Shown: in pieces, positions 1 to 10,409 of the stretch
Numbering within the stretch: position 1 is the first letter of the stretch
How the letters are laid out: each line of letters opens with the position of its first letter
DNA from: Candidatus Eiseniibacteriota bacterium
GTDB taxonomy: Bacteria; Eisenbacteria; RBG-16-71-46; SZUA-252
Assembly: GCA_963703225.1 (NCBI GenBank)
Contig: OY969801.1
Span: 1,888,001-1,952,000 of the forward strand
Length of the DNA: 64,000 bases
Direction of reading: 5' to 3'
The notes under the pieces: model-generated
Told to the model about the DNA's origin: nothing
What the model saw: the letters and a program-made list of their open reading frames with translations, nothing else
The model's database searches: none
Translations under genes and position numbers: made by a program

Positions 1-90
1 GAGCGCCGCGAGACGTTTCGCCACGCGGCTGCCGACGAGGCCGGTGCCCCCGGTGACCAGGATTACTGGGTCTGCCCCCTCATTCCTCAT
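1..90 (-). CDS. NAD-dependent epimerase/dehydratase (SDR) N-terminus, truncated by window edge
   Basis: Manual translation from ATG at 90: [30 protein letters not shown] (Rossmann GxxGxxG); overlaps the stop of the upstream kinase gene. Confidence 0.8.
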   Translation of the reverse strand, partial: MRNEGADPVILVTGGTGLVGSRVAKRLAAL

Positions 91-2366
91 TTCTCGCCAC
101 CCTCTCGAAGATCTTCGCGAACATCGGATCGTCGCGCACGCTGTCGAACGCGGCCTCATGGCGAAGTGCCAATCGACCCACACTTCCCATGACCTTCACC
201 TGGCTCAAGACCGAGACAAGGTTCTCCCTTTCGTCGAGGCCGAGGTAGGCGTATGCGTATCGTTCCCATGAAACGTGCTCCCTTTGGGCGCGCGACCGCA
301 GTTCGCGCAGCATCCCGCGGGCCTCCTCGACGCGACCCAGCCGGCCCAGTATGTAGGCGCGAGCGGAGGTGATGTCGACACGCCATGCGATGTCCGGCGA
401 GACCGCGTCCAGACTGGAAAGGGCCTCATCCAGCCTCCCCAACGCTGCGAGACACAATGCGATTCGCTGGTGCGGCCACATGACACCCGGCTCCAGCGTA
501 ACCGCCTCGCGGAAATAGTGGAGCGCCTCCTCCTCCCTTCGCGAGAACATGAGCAGATTTCCATGGACGATGTTCACGGTCGCCGAGACGGGATCCAAAA
601 TGTGGGCACGGTCGATTAGGGCGAAGGCGCCTTTCAAATCTCCCCCTGTAATCGTGACGATGGCGCCCCAGTAGAGAGCCGGGACATAGTTGGGATTTAG
701 CTCCAGCGCCCGCTGAAAGCTCCCCATCGCCTTCCCGGTGTGCCCCAGGTGGCCGAGCACGGCAGCCAGGGAGGTGTGTGCGTCGGCGAGATCCGGGTCC
801 AGCTCCAGCGCCTTCCTCGCGGCTGCTTCGGATCGCCGGATCGCCTCCTCGCCGGGAAGAACCGTGTAGGTGAGCGTCACGTTGTAGACGTCAGAGAGCC
901 CGGAATACGCGGGGGCAAACCTCGGATCGGCCTCGATCGCGCGCTCGAACCACACTAGCCCCTGGAGCAGCGCCTCCGGCGTCCGCTTGTTCCAGTAAAA
1001 CCGGCCTTTCAGATAGGCCTCGTAGGCGGCGCTGTTCGTGATGCTGGGATCGGAAGGGTGCGTCATCGCTCCCCCGGGGCGCACGGGTGATGTCGTCGGA
1101 AGCTCTCGCAGCGGGACAAGCTCCAACTCCAGCGCCTTGGCCACGGTTGACGCCACCTCGTCCTGCAGCTCGAACACATCGGCAAGTCGACGATCGTAGG
1201 TCTCCGCCCAGAGGTGGCTCTGATCCGACACCTGGATGAGCTGAGTCGTGATTCGGATCCGGTCGCCGGCGCGCCGCACGCTCCCCTCCAGCACGAATTC
1301 CGCGCCAAGCTCGGCCCCGATCTCGCTAATGCTCTTCTGCGTCTTCTTGTACCGCATGGCCGAGGTGCGAGCGATCACGCCGAGCCGTCTCGGTTGGGCG
1401 CGTCCAAGGTGGGCGATGAGCTCATCGGTCATCCCGTCCGTGAAGTACTCCTGGTCGGGGTCGGCGCTTAGGTTCTCCAGCGGCAGGACCGCGAGCATCA
1501 CGCGGTCCTTCGACGCGTCGGGTCCTTTGGCTCCCGCGGCGGAGAGCGCGTCGGCAAAGTCCGAGAGCGTTCGGTATCGGTCCGCGGGCGCCTTGGAGAG
1601 CGCTCGCGCGAGCGCCGCCGACACGGGAGGCGGTGTGCTCGGTCTCAAGGAGGCGATCGGACGAGGCTCGGCCGTTCGGTGCTGGGATAGCACGTTGTCG
1701 GAGGATGGACCGGTGAACGGCGGCTGCCCCGCGAGCATCTCGTAGACGACGCACGCGAGCGCGTACTGGTCCGATCTGGAATCGAGCGACGCGCCCGCGA
1801 TCTGCTCCGGGCTCATGTAGGCCGGGGTTCCCGATCGGGATGATGGTGCGCGTCGGCCACGCTCTCATCGCTCCCACCGGATCGGGCGATGCCGAAGTCG
1901 AAGACCAGCGCATGCCCTCCAGAGATCAGGATGTTCTCCGGTTTGACGTCCCGATGGATCAGCCCCTGCTCGTGCGCGTACCGGAGCGCATCGGCCACCT
2001 CGCCGGCGATCCGGATCGCGTCTTCGATCGGCAGCTGACGCTCGCGGAGAAGCCTCTCGCGGAGCGATTCGCCCGATTATCAGCGGCATCACGATAGTAG
2101 AAGAGGTCGCCGGCATCTCCCGAGTCGAACAGCGGAACGATGTGGGGGTGGGAGAGCCGCGCCGCGGTTTCGATCTCCGCGCGGAAGCGCTTTGGGCCGA
2201 TCGCCGCGCCCACCTCGGGATCGAGGACCTTGATCGCGACCGCGCGGCCGTGCTTGAGATCGCGCGCTTCAAAGACGCGGCCCATTCCGCCGCGCGCCAG
2301 CTCACGCCGGATCTCGTAGCGATCCGAGAGTGCGGACTGGAGAAGGTTGAGAATTTCCTGTGGCAC
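80..2366 (-). pseudogene. Ser/Thr protein kinase + TolB-like/TPR sensor, frameshifted (possibly sequencing error)
   Basis: Three consecutive ORFs: LARGGMGRV..VAIK (1959-2366), [13 protein letters not shown] (1813-1998), [21 protein letters not shown] plus TPRs (80-1816); frame changes near 2095 and 1830. Confidence 0.85.
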
Positions 2367-2382
2367 GCGGCCGGAACTCCGA

Positions 2383-3153
2383 TCAGTCGCGGAGGAGGTA
2401 CTCGACGGTTGTGACGACGCGGACGGTCTTCTGGATTTGCGACTGCTCGGTCCCCGCTCCTCCCTGCTCGGAGGAAGCCGCGTCGCGCGGGAGGATCACG
2501 AACACGCCCTGATTCGCCGAGTGGATACCGCCCAGACGGCTCTTCGAGTCCTTGGCGAACTGCTCGGCCGCTTTGCGTGCCTCCGCGGTCGCCTCCGCGA
2601 TCATGCTCGGCTTGAGATCGTTGAGGCGCCGAAAGACGTAGGCAGGACCGCCCGGACCCCATTCCGGCCCTGAGGACAGCACCACGCCCGAGTTCACCAG
2701 CTCCCCCACCTTCTGGCTGGCGGCCTTGATTCGATCCGGATCATCCGATCGGACCATCACCGTCTGCTGGATGATGAAACGATTCCCCGCTCGGTTGGCG
2801 GGGTTGTACACGTTGGCGAGGACATCGGTCACCTTGAGACCCTGGAGCTCGACCTCCGTGGAATCGATTCCGTTCGATCGGAGGAACGCCAAGACCTTGG
2901 CGACGTTTTGATTGATGCGCCCCTGGGCAATCGCGACGTTGTCGTCGGTCACCGCGAGCCGAATCGGCCAGAGGGCCAGGTCCGCCTTGACGGGCCGCTC
3001 GGCGACCCCTTTGACCGTGACGAACCGATCGGCCGTCCGGATGTTGGTGAGGCCGCTGCCGATGAACCAGCCGGCCAGGGCAATGCTCGCGGCCACGAGA
3101 ATGGCCCCAAAACCGCCGCGGGAGCCACGATCGCCGTCATTCATGGCTGCCAT
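2383..3153 (-). CDS. SIMPL domain (DUF541) periplasmic protein
   Basis: N-terminal TM, then DRFVTVKGVAERPVKADLA, AEATAEARKAAEQFA, KTVRVVTTVEY. Confidence 0.85.
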   Translation of the reverse strand: MAAMNDGDRGSRGGFGAILVAASIALAGWFIGSGLTNIRTADRFVTVKGVAERPVKADLALWPIRLAVTDDNVAIAQGRINQNVAKVLAFLRSNGIDSTEVELQGLKVTDVLANVYNPANRAGNRFIIQQTVMVRSDDPDRIKAASQKVGELVNSGVVLSSGPEWGPGGPAYVFRRLNDLKPSMIAEATAEARKAAEQFAKDSKSRLGGIHSANQGVFVILPRDAASSEQGGAGTEQSQIQKTVRVVTTVEYLLRD

Positions 3154-3211
3154 CCTACGGCTTTCCGGGGGAGTCGTGGAAGGTAGATTCGAGGGCGCGG
3201 CGCGCGTCTAC

Positions 3212-4630
3212 TCAGGGCGACGGCTGGAGCAGTCCGGCGAGCTTCCCTGCGATTCCGTCCAGCTCTTCGCTGGTGTACCAGGCGCCGCGGAGCATCACAC
3301 CGGCCCGGCGCCGAAGATTCTCGATGTCCTCGAGAGGGTTCGCGTCCAGCAGCACGAGGTCGGCCCGCTTTCCCACCTCCACGGTGCCGAGCTCGTTCTG
3401 CTGGCCGAGACAAGCGGCGGCGCTGCGAGTGCCGGCCGCCAGGATGGCGGCGGGTGTGACCCCGGCCGCGCGCAGGGCCCTGATCTCTTCCATCAGCGAA
3501 TAGCCGGGAACGCGGAATCTCCCGGGCGAGTCGGAGCCCAAGAGGAGTCCTGCCCCGACTTCGTCGAGCGCGCTGATGACCTCTCTCCGCCCGGCGATCT
3601 CGAGGGAATCCCGCTTTGATGCCGCGACACCCTCCGCGATTTCGGCCCGCTTCTTGGCCACCCAGTCCAGTCGGGTCGCCGTGGGGACGAGCAGAATTCC
3701 ATCGGCCCGCTCCAGCTTGGCCAAATTCCTGCTCAGATTCACTTCGTAGTAGTACTGCGTCGGACAGTTCCAGACGCCGGCGTCCCGGGTCGCCGCGACG
3801 TCGCTCCAGAGGGTCGATTCGGCGGCACCCTCGGCGGTCAGATATCCACCCAGGTGTTCGATCGAGCGCATGAAGCGGAGTGCACGCCCCAGCTCGATCC
3901 CTCGCCCCACGTGGCCAAAGCACGGGAGCCAGGCCTCCCGCGACGCCTTCACCACCGCGTTGAAGTAGGTCGTATCGTTGATCTCGAACATCTTGACGCA
4001 GTCATAGCCGTCGGAGCGATAGCGGAGGATCTTCCGCCGCGCTTCCTCCGCCGATGGGGTATCACGGGCGCTGATCGGCGGCGAGGCGATGTAGAGGGAC
4101 GGTCCGAGGATCTCTCCCCGCTCCACCCTCTGCTTGACGAGGGGATGGCTGGGAGTGCCGATCGTGCTCCGCACGGTGGTGATGCCGTTCGCGACGAAGA
4201 AGGCAAGATACGTTTGAAGCTCGCCCCAGTCCAAGTCGGGTTCGGGCATGTGGAAATGCATGTCCACAAGGCCCGGCATGAGGTACCTGCCGCCGCCTTC
4301 GATGACGGTCGCGCTCACCGGAATCACGGTGCTGCTCACCGGCCCGATCGACACGATCTGTGCCGCGTTGATGACCACGGTCTGGTGGCGGAGCACCTCG
4401 GCGGAGCTCATCGGAATGACGTTCACGTCGCGGAAGGCGACGACCTGTCGGCTCGCGGTCGCGAGCCTCGGCAGAAGCGGCGCGACCAGCGAATCGGCGT
4501 CGAGGAGCGCTTGGGCGGGTGTGGGCACGGCGGCTCCCGTAAGGAGCACGAAATGAAGAACGAGCAAGGATCGAAGACCCCGGTGGTCGCGACGCGCGGG
4601 GGCGCTTCTCCGGGCCCTCCTAGTCATCAT
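3212..4630 (-). CDS. Secreted amidohydrolase family protein
   Basis: PGLVDMHFH metal motif, LLLGSDSP, GTVEVGKRADLVLLDANPLEDI; start MMTRR at 4630 overlaps upstream stop; signal-like segment. Confidence 0.85.
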   Translation of the reverse strand: MMTRRARRSAPARRDHRGLRSLLVLHFVLLTGAAVPTPAQALLDADSLVAPLLPRLATASRQVVAFRDVNVIPMSSAEVLRHQTVVINAAQIVSIGPVSSTVIPVSATVIEGGGRYLMPGLVDMHFHMPEPDLDWGELQTYLAFFVANGITTVRSTIGTPSHPLVKQRVERGEILGPSLYIASPPISARDTPSAEEARRKILRYRSDGYDCVKMFEINDTTYFNAVVKASREAWLPCFGHVGRGIELGRALRFMRSIEHLGGYLTAEGAAESTLWSDVAATRDAGVWNCPTQYYYEVNLSRNLAKLERADGILLVPTATRLDWVAKKRAEIAEGVAASKRDSLEIAGRREVISALDEVGAGLLLGSDSPGRFRVPGYSLMEEIRALRAAGVTPAAILAAGTRSAAACLGQQNELGTVEVGKRADLVLLDANPLEDIENLRRRAGVMLRGAWYTSEELDGIAGKLAGLLQPSP

Positions 4631-6407
4631 GGCACTCCGCACAGGCCGCCCGCTTGAGGCGTGCCGTCGCCCCCACAGCCAGCTCGTGGCAGGTCGAGCA
4701 GGCAACCTCCTCATCGTCCACGTGCACGGAGTGGCTGAATTTGCCGCGGAAGCTTTGCACCGTGCCCTTCTTGATGCCAGCGTGGCAGGAGGCACAGGTG
4801 TCGGGCCGCTTCAAGTCGGCGGTCCTGTGGTGGCACGACTCACACCCTGAGGCGTCGAACCGTACGAACTCACCCTCGGGCTTCTCCTCGTGTGGCCGGT
4901 GGCAGCGAATGCAGTCGATCTTCTGTCCCATGACGTGCTTCGCGTGGGAAAATTGCCGTCCGAAGGCCTCCCCGTTCCGCTCCTCGATTCCCTCATGGCA
5001 CCCGAAGCAGGGGGACTCGTAGGGAGGCTCCACCCACGGGCGTGGAAGGGGTGCGAGCCCACGGTCGCGGCGGGCCGCGTTCATCTCCTCGTGAGATTCC
5101 CGCAAGAGCGCGTAGGCATACGGGATGTTGTGGACGCCGTGCCCGCGTCGCACGAGCGCTAGGTTGTGCCTCGCGTCGACGAACTGGGCCGACTCCACGC
5201 CGCCCAGCGCCCGGGCTGTCGCGTCGAGCTGGCTCGCCAGGGCCGCGGTCCGGCGCTCGGACCCTTCCTTCCAGCCTTGGAAGATCTTCTCGTATGCGGC
5301 GCCGTGGCAGGCCATACAGGAGATGTCCGAGGCGCGATTGACGTCGCCTCCGTGTCCCGGCAGCTCCATGTGGCAGCCCTCGCAGCGCACGCCCGCCTGG
5401 TACATGACGCTCGGCATCGACCGAACCCCGCGCCCACCCGTTCCCGTATAGAGGCTGAGCTGGGGCGAGTGGCTGGTCTCGTGACATCCTTCGCAATCGG
5501 CGGCGGCCGTCGCGATCCGTGCGGCCGCGGTCTTAGCTTGGACCGGGGTCACGTGCTCCAGGAGCAGGTGGCAGTACATACAGTCGATTTTGTGCTCGGT
5601 GACGTGCTTCCGGTGGAGCAACTCGGTGTCGCCGTACTCCTGGAGCCGCACGGCCTGGTTGTGACACGTGACGCAGCGCTCGCGAGGGACATTGCCGGTG
5701 CTCCCCTGTGGCTGCGCGTGGCACCACGTGCAGTCCATGCCGAACTTCTCGGCCTTCGCGTGGTCGAACGTGACGGCGCCCGCGCGGACCTGCTTCTGGG
5801 GATTCAGGTGACAAAGCGTGCACCTCGCGGTCCCCTCGCCCGCCTTCTGCCCCTTGAAATGGCAGAGGATACACGTCGAGGTGGTGACCGCGATGTGGCT
5901 CCCCTGGACGATCTGCGAGTGGCAGGACGTGCAGCGCAACGTCTTTCCGCGCCGCATTTCGACCAGATGGGCCGAGTGGTCGAACAGGACGTCGCCGACC
6001 ATCTCCTTCCCCATGAGGAGGCGTCGATCATGGCAACGGAGGCATGCTGCGTCCTCGATTTCCGTCCACGGGTTCGTCCCGTATGTGGCCGTGAAGTAGC
6101 GGGCGACCATGGAGAGAGCCTCGAACTTCTTTTGTATCTCCGCGGTGACGCCGGGCGCGATGTGGCACTCGACGCAGGCGACGTTCTTATGTGAGGAGTG
6201 ACGCCACGACTCATAGTAAGGCTTCATGATATGGCAGGAGCCGCAGAACTGCGGCCGGCTCGTCACTTCGACCGCGGTGAGGAGCCCGACGAGGCCCACA
6301 GCTGCGAGGATGCCCGCGCCCAACCCGATCGTCCGCCACCCCCCCGAGCGGAACCCATCCCGAAGCCTGGTGAAGACGTTGGGAGGAGGCGGCGTCCCAG
6401 TGCTCAA
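4620..6407 (-). CDS. Membrane-anchored multiheme cytochrome c (18 CxxCH), NapC/NirT-like N-terminus
   Basis: N-terminal TM then TSRPQFCGSCHIMKPYYESW; 18 CxxCH motifs counted. Confidence 0.9.
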   Translation of the reverse strand: MSTGTPPPPNVFTRLRDGFRSGGWRTIGLGAGILAAVGLVGLLTAVEVTSRPQFCGSCHIMKPYYESWRHSSHKNVACVECHIAPGVTAEIQKKFEALSMVARYFTATYGTNPWTEIEDAACLRCHDRRLLMGKEMVGDVLFDHSAHLVEMRRGKTLRCTSCHSQIVQGSHIAVTTSTCILCHFKGQKAGEGTARCTLCHLNPQKQVRAGAVTFDHAKAEKFGMDCTWCHAQPQGSTGNVPRERCVTCHNQAVRLQEYGDTELLHRKHVTEHKIDCMYCHLLLEHVTPVQAKTAAARIATAAADCEGCHETSHSPQLSLYTGTGGRGVRSMPSVMYQAGVRCEGCHMELPGHGGDVNRASDISCMACHGAAYEKIFQGWKEGSERRTAALASQLDATARALGGVESAQFVDARHNLALVRRGHGVHNIPYAYALLRESHEEMNAARRDRGLAPLPRPWVEPPYESPCFGCHEGIEERNGEAFGRQFSHAKHVMGQKIDCIRCHRPHEEKPEGEFVRFDASGCESCHHRTADLKRPDTCASCHAGIKKGTVQSFRGKFSHSVHVDDEEVACSTCHELAVGATARLKRAACAECHDD

Positions 6408-7819
6408 CGATCGCGCTCAGCGGCCGCTGTCCGGCGGGCCCGGGTCACGATGGCCGCAGTGAGGAGGAGGTAGAACCAGAAGATAGCCAGCCCGACGTAG
6501 CGCCACCAGCGCCCCGCGAGTTTCTGGTCGATCTCACGGGTTACCTCGGACGCGATCGATCGCGCCCGCCGCGCGTGCGGCTCGACAAGGGTGGTGTCGA
6601 GCGAGTGTGTGACCGGCCCCATTTCGAGGAGCGCTGTCCGGGCGTCCTCCAGGCGTGACTCGTAGTCCTCGACGTACAGGGGGACCGCCGCGGCCTTCTG
6701 AACCGTTCGATGGGCTCGGTCGATTTCGGTGGAGGCAGTCGCGAGCATGGTCTTCATGCGGCCGGCGACATGTGCCTCGGGCGTTCCGGCATCATGGCAC
6801 TCGCCGCAGAAGAGGTCGAAGCTCTTCGGGCTCGGTTCGACCGTCTTGTGATTGTCGTGGCAGGCGGCGCACTCGGAGCGGCCCCCGGACTCGATCGACC
6901 CGCGGTGGGCGGAGACCAGGAAGTACGTCCGAGTCTTCGCGTGGCACTGGCCGCAGACTTTGTCCACGTCGCCGAATCCGGGCGGCCCAGCGCCGTGGCT
7001 CCCGTGGCAGTTCGCGCATTCGGGCGCTGCGTCATTCCCATCAAGAAGCAGCGCGCGGCCGTGGACCCCGGACTTGTAGTCGGCGAAGACGTTCTCCTTA
7101 ATTCCATGCCGCCGCATGAGCGCCGTGTCGCCGTGGCAATGGCCGCAGGTCGAGGGGATGTTGCGCCGGGCCACCAGGCTCTGCGGATCATCGCGCGGCC
7201 GGATCTCGTGCAGGCCGTGGCAATCGGTGCAGACGGCAACGCTCTCGTCCCCCTTCGCGAGCGCGATCCCGTGTCGCGAGGTCTTGTAGAGCGCGTATTG
7301 GTCCGACGGCAGGTTGTACGGGCGCATCTGCGCCACATCCGAGTGGCATGAGGCGCAGAGCTCGGGGATGTCTCGGCGTCGCAGCCTCCCGCGGTAGCCG
7401 TGGCCGCGATGGGCGGCCGTGACCGTGGTCGCATTCGGATCACCGCCGTGGCAGGAGATGCAGCCGATCTCCTCCGTCTTGTGGATCCCCTTATCGAACT
7501 TCACGCGGACGTCCGAATGGCAGACCCCGCACATTCCCGAGGTCCGGGCGGCCCGGGCGCCCGGCGGCACTGACCACAAGGGTCGATCGGCCGGTGCCGC
7601 GGCGCCGGCGGTCGAAGGCGACACCGCGGCCGAGGGCGGCGCTCCCGCCGGGGGCGCCACGGCGGGGGGCTCGGCGGCCGAAGGCTTGGAGATCGGCTGG
7701 GCTGGAGCCGCGGCAGAGTCCCGCGGGGCCGCCGGCAGCGAGTCCTGCGCCCGTGTCGGCCCGGCGACGGTGAGGCATACCGCAGACGCAGTCGCGGCCA
7801 GGAGGCGCATGTTCCTCAT
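6404..7819 (-). CDS. Multiheme cytochrome c (9 CxxCH) with C-terminal TM helix
   Basis: Signal peptide MRNMRLLAATASAVCL, Pro/Ala linker, 9 CxxCH, TM WWRYVGLAIFWFYLLL; ATGA overlap with cytochrome b stop at 7816-7819. Confidence 0.9.
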   Translation of the reverse strand: MRNMRLLAATASAVCLTVAGPTRAQDSLPAAPRDSAAAPAQPISKPSAAEPPAVAPPAGAPPSAAVSPSTAGAAAPADRPLWSVPPGARAARTSGMCGVCHSDVRVKFDKGIHKTEEIGCISCHGGDPNATTVTAAHRGHGYRGRLRRRDIPELCASCHSDVAQMRPYNLPSDQYALYKTSRHGIALAKGDESVAVCTDCHGLHEIRPRDDPQSLVARRNIPSTCGHCHGDTALMRRHGIKENVFADYKSGVHGRALLLDGNDAAPECANCHGSHGAGPPGFGDVDKVCGQCHAKTRTYFLVSAHRGSIESGGRSECAACHDNHKTVEPSPKSFDLFCGECHDAGTPEAHVAGRMKTMLATASTEIDRAHRTVQKAAAVPLYVEDYESRLEDARTALLEMGPVTHSLDTTLVEPHARRARSIASEVTREIDQKLAGRWWRYVGLAIFWFYLLLTAAIVTRARRTAAAERDR

Positions 7820-8955
7820 CGCGACACTTCCATCAACCAGCCGCGCCACGTCAGGAGCGCCCACGCCACCATCATGATCAGCCCGAGGACGAAGAATCCT
7901 CGCCGCCGCCGCGCTTCTCCGGCGCTCCGGTCCAGAAACGGCAGGAAGAGCACGCCCGCGAGCGCGGCGTCAAGAAGGAGCCCGCTGACAAACCGGGGCA
8001 CGATCGACGGCAGCGACTCCATCACCGCGTGGGGGGCGAGCAGGTACCACGGCGGCCGGGCGTCGGGCGGAGTGTGCATCAGATCCGCGGCCGCCTCGAA
8101 CGGGCGCGGCCAAACGATCGCGAGCGTCATGAGGATGCCCACCAGAAAGATTACGATCAGGAGCATGTCGTACATCGCGACGCGGAACGATCGGGTCGCC
8201 GGGGCGGCGACCACGCGGGACATGCCCACCCGCCTCACGCTCGAGAAGTGCAGGTAGAAAAGCCCGAGCATCACAAGGGGGAAGACCGCGAGGTGGAGGA
8301 CGTAGAAGCGCGTCAGCACGAGAGAGTCCACATCTCGCCCACCCACAAGGAAGGCTACCGCCGGGCCAATCAGGGGAAGCGCGTCGATCACCTCCAGCGC
8401 CCGCACGGTGGTCCAGTAGCCGGTCGCGTTCCATGGGAGGAGCCGTCCCGTGAGGTCGAGGAATGTGCCCACGAAGAACGCGAGTACGGCAGCCATCCAG
8501 ATGATCTCGCGGCCGTTCGAGTAAAGGCCCGCCAGAAAGAAACGGACCACGCGCGCCGCGAGTACTAGCACGAAGAGCGTCGCTGCCCATCCGTGAACCT
8601 GGTGGACGAGGAATCCGAACCGTATGTCGCGCGAGATGACGGTGGCCGATCCGTACGCCACGTCGGCCGTGGGCTGGTAGTAAAACGCCAGCAGCGTTCC
8701 GCTTACGGCGAGGAAGAGGAACAGGATGAACGAGACGATCCCCAGCACTCGCGGCCACCGCGCGTAGGACGGCAGCGGCTGCCGGAGCGCTTCCCGAAGC
8801 GCCACGCGAAGCGGCTTTCGCGAGTCCAACTCGGTTGGGAGGAGGCCGAAGACGCTCAGAAACGAGACGATCTCCGTCAGGTTGACGCGCGCCTCGAGCC
8901 AGCCCAGGAACGACCGCTTGCCTCCGGTGTTCTCTTGCACGGGGCCTCCACTCAC
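7816..8955 (-). CDS. Cytochrome b of Rieske/cytochrome b complex
   Basis: LLAFYYQPT, HGWAA, TGRLLPWNATGYW, LTRFYVLH..YLH, PPWY (PEWY equivalent). Confidence 0.9.
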   Translation of the reverse strand: MSGGPVQENTGGKRSFLGWLEARVNLTEIVSFLSVFGLLPTELDSRKPLRVALREALRQPLPSYARWPRVLGIVSFILFLFLAVSGTLLAFYYQPTADVAYGSATVISRDIRFGFLVHQVHGWAATLFVLVLAARVVRFFLAGLYSNGREIIWMAAVLAFFVGTFLDLTGRLLPWNATGYWTTVRALEVIDALPLIGPAVAFLVGGRDVDSLVLTRFYVLHLAVFPLVMLGLFYLHFSSVRRVGMSRVVAAPATRSFRVAMYDMLLIVIFLVGILMTLAIVWPRPFEAAADLMHTPPDARPPWYLLAPHAVMESLPSIVPRFVSGLLLDAALAGVLFLPFLDRSAGEARRRRGFFVLGLIMMVAWALLTWRGWLMEVSR

Positions 8956-9410
8956 AGGTGGACGATGATCTCGTCAGACCGGATCTCGGCCGAATATTGG
9001 GGAAGCGGGCGCTTGGGAGGTCCCGAGAGCACGTTGCCCGTCTTGTCGAACGCGCCGTCGTGGCAGGGACACCGATACGTGCCGTTCTCGCGGTTCCATT
9101 GGAGCACGCAGCGCACGTGGGTACAGATGGCCGAGACCGCGAGGACTTTGGATTCACCCAGACGCACTACAAAGATCGGCTCGGCGCCGTGGCGCACGAG
9201 GCGCGCCTCGCCAACCGCCAGGGACGAAAACGTGCCACAGCGGAGCAGTCGCTCGCCGGGGCGGCGATCGTTCTCCGCCGGCGCCTTGAGGAACGAGGCT
9301 CCGGCAAGGGCCGCCGCGGGAGCCCACAGGGCCAAGAAACCGCGGCCGAGCCATTTCAGAAACCCGCGGCGCTCGAGATCGGTCCCTTCGCTATCCTTCA
9401 CGCGCGTCAT
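8952..9410 (-). CDS. Rieske [2Fe-2S] protein with Tat signal
   Basis: ERRGFLKW; CTHVRC and CPCHDGAF boxes; GPPKRPL. Confidence 0.93.
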   Translation of the reverse strand: MTRVKDSEGTDLERRGFLKWLGRGFLALWAPAAALAGASFLKAPAENDRRPGERLLRCGTFSSLAVGEARLVRHGAEPIFVVRLGESKVLAVSAICTHVRCVLQWNRENGTYRCPCHDGAFDKTGNVLSGPPKRPLPQYSAEIRSDEIIVHL

Positions 9411-9565
9411 CCCCTCTCTGGTGGGTCCCCAGCCGCGGCGGCGCGCCAGGCCGGCGGGACCGGCGCCAGGTTCATAGAGTGGACATATGACTTAGAGATA
9501 ACGAAATACAGGTGGCAGACGAGAATTGCAAGCGCCGCGAGTCTGGCCGGCCACTGCGGCGGCAT
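9407..9565 (-). CDS. Putative small (52 aa) single-TM protein
   Basis: MPPQWPARLAALAILVCHLYFVISK...; starts 1 nt after upstream stop and ends in ATGA overlap with Rieske start. Confidence 0.5.
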   Translation of the reverse strand: MPPQWPARLAALAILVCHLYFVISKSYVHSMNLAPVPPAWRAAAAGDPPERG

Positions 9566-9566
9566 C

Positions 9567-10409
9567 TCAACGATGTCCGGAGACCATCGCATAGATGATG
9601 CAGACCACGATGGCAATGCCGATCGTCAGAGTGGTCCAGGCGAACGCGCGGATCGTTCGGATGACGATCGGCTGATAGGTCTCTACGAGGTGCTTCTCCA
9701 GCTCCCCGCTCTTCACCAGGGCCTCGTACTCCCCCGGCTTGTCCCGCTTGAATTCCTCGAGTGGCATCCGCCCCGTGAAGATCACGATGTCCATTGGGAA
9801 CTTCTCCGGCCGGAGGTGCGTGTTGAAGAAATGCACCGTAAAAATGAACCCCACCGCCAGGAGCGCCTCGTCGCTGTGAATGATCGTGGCGACGTTGATG
9901 AACCAGCCAGGGACTATCCGGGTGAAGAGCACGGGGAACCAGAGCATGAGGCCGGTGGAACCGATCACCGTGACCCCCCAGAAGACGGCAAAGTAGTCGA
10001 ACTTCTCCCAATAGGTCCACCTTCCGTACTCTGGCCGCGGGCCCTTACCCAAGAACCACTTGATGCTGCCGGTGAGCTCGACCAAGTCGCGTCGCGTGAA
10101 GAGCATCGTGTTCGGGCCCAAGAGCAGAGCCCGCCAGGTCCCGAACTCGCGTCGCTTCCTTCGCGCGAGGTCGACCAGATGGGTGGCGAAGGTGCCGATC
10201 ATGAACACGGCAGCGACTCGATGGATATAGCCCGCCGTCTCGAAGCCTCCGAAGACGCGAGCAAGGACGCGCGCCCACCCGGTGTAGGAGAACTTGAGCG
10301 TGAGCCCGGTGAGGGCGAGGCTCAGGAAGCTCACCATCAATACCGCGTGGAGCGCGCGGTTGAGGCGCGAGAAGCGCTCGTACTGAAGCACCGGCCTCTC
10401 AGGGCTCAT
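9567..10409 (-). CDS. FdnI/hydrogenase-type (CbcL-like) diheme cytochrome b, quinone-interacting
   Basis: [49 protein letters not shown]; several TM helices. Confidence 0.88.
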   Translation of the reverse strand: MSPERPVLQYERFSRLNRALHAVLMVSFLSLALTGLTLKFSYTGWARVLARVFGGFETAGYIHRVAAVFMIGTFATHLVDLARRKRREFGTWRALLLGPNTMLFTRRDLVELTGSIKWFLGKGPRPEYGRWTYWEKFDYFAVFWGVTVIGSTGLMLWFPVLFTRIVPGWFINVATIIHSDEALLAVGFIFTVHFFNTHLRPEKFPMDIVIFTGRMPLEEFKRDKPGEYEALVKSGELEKHLVETYQPIVIRTIRAFAWTTLTIGIAIVVCIIYAMVSGHR

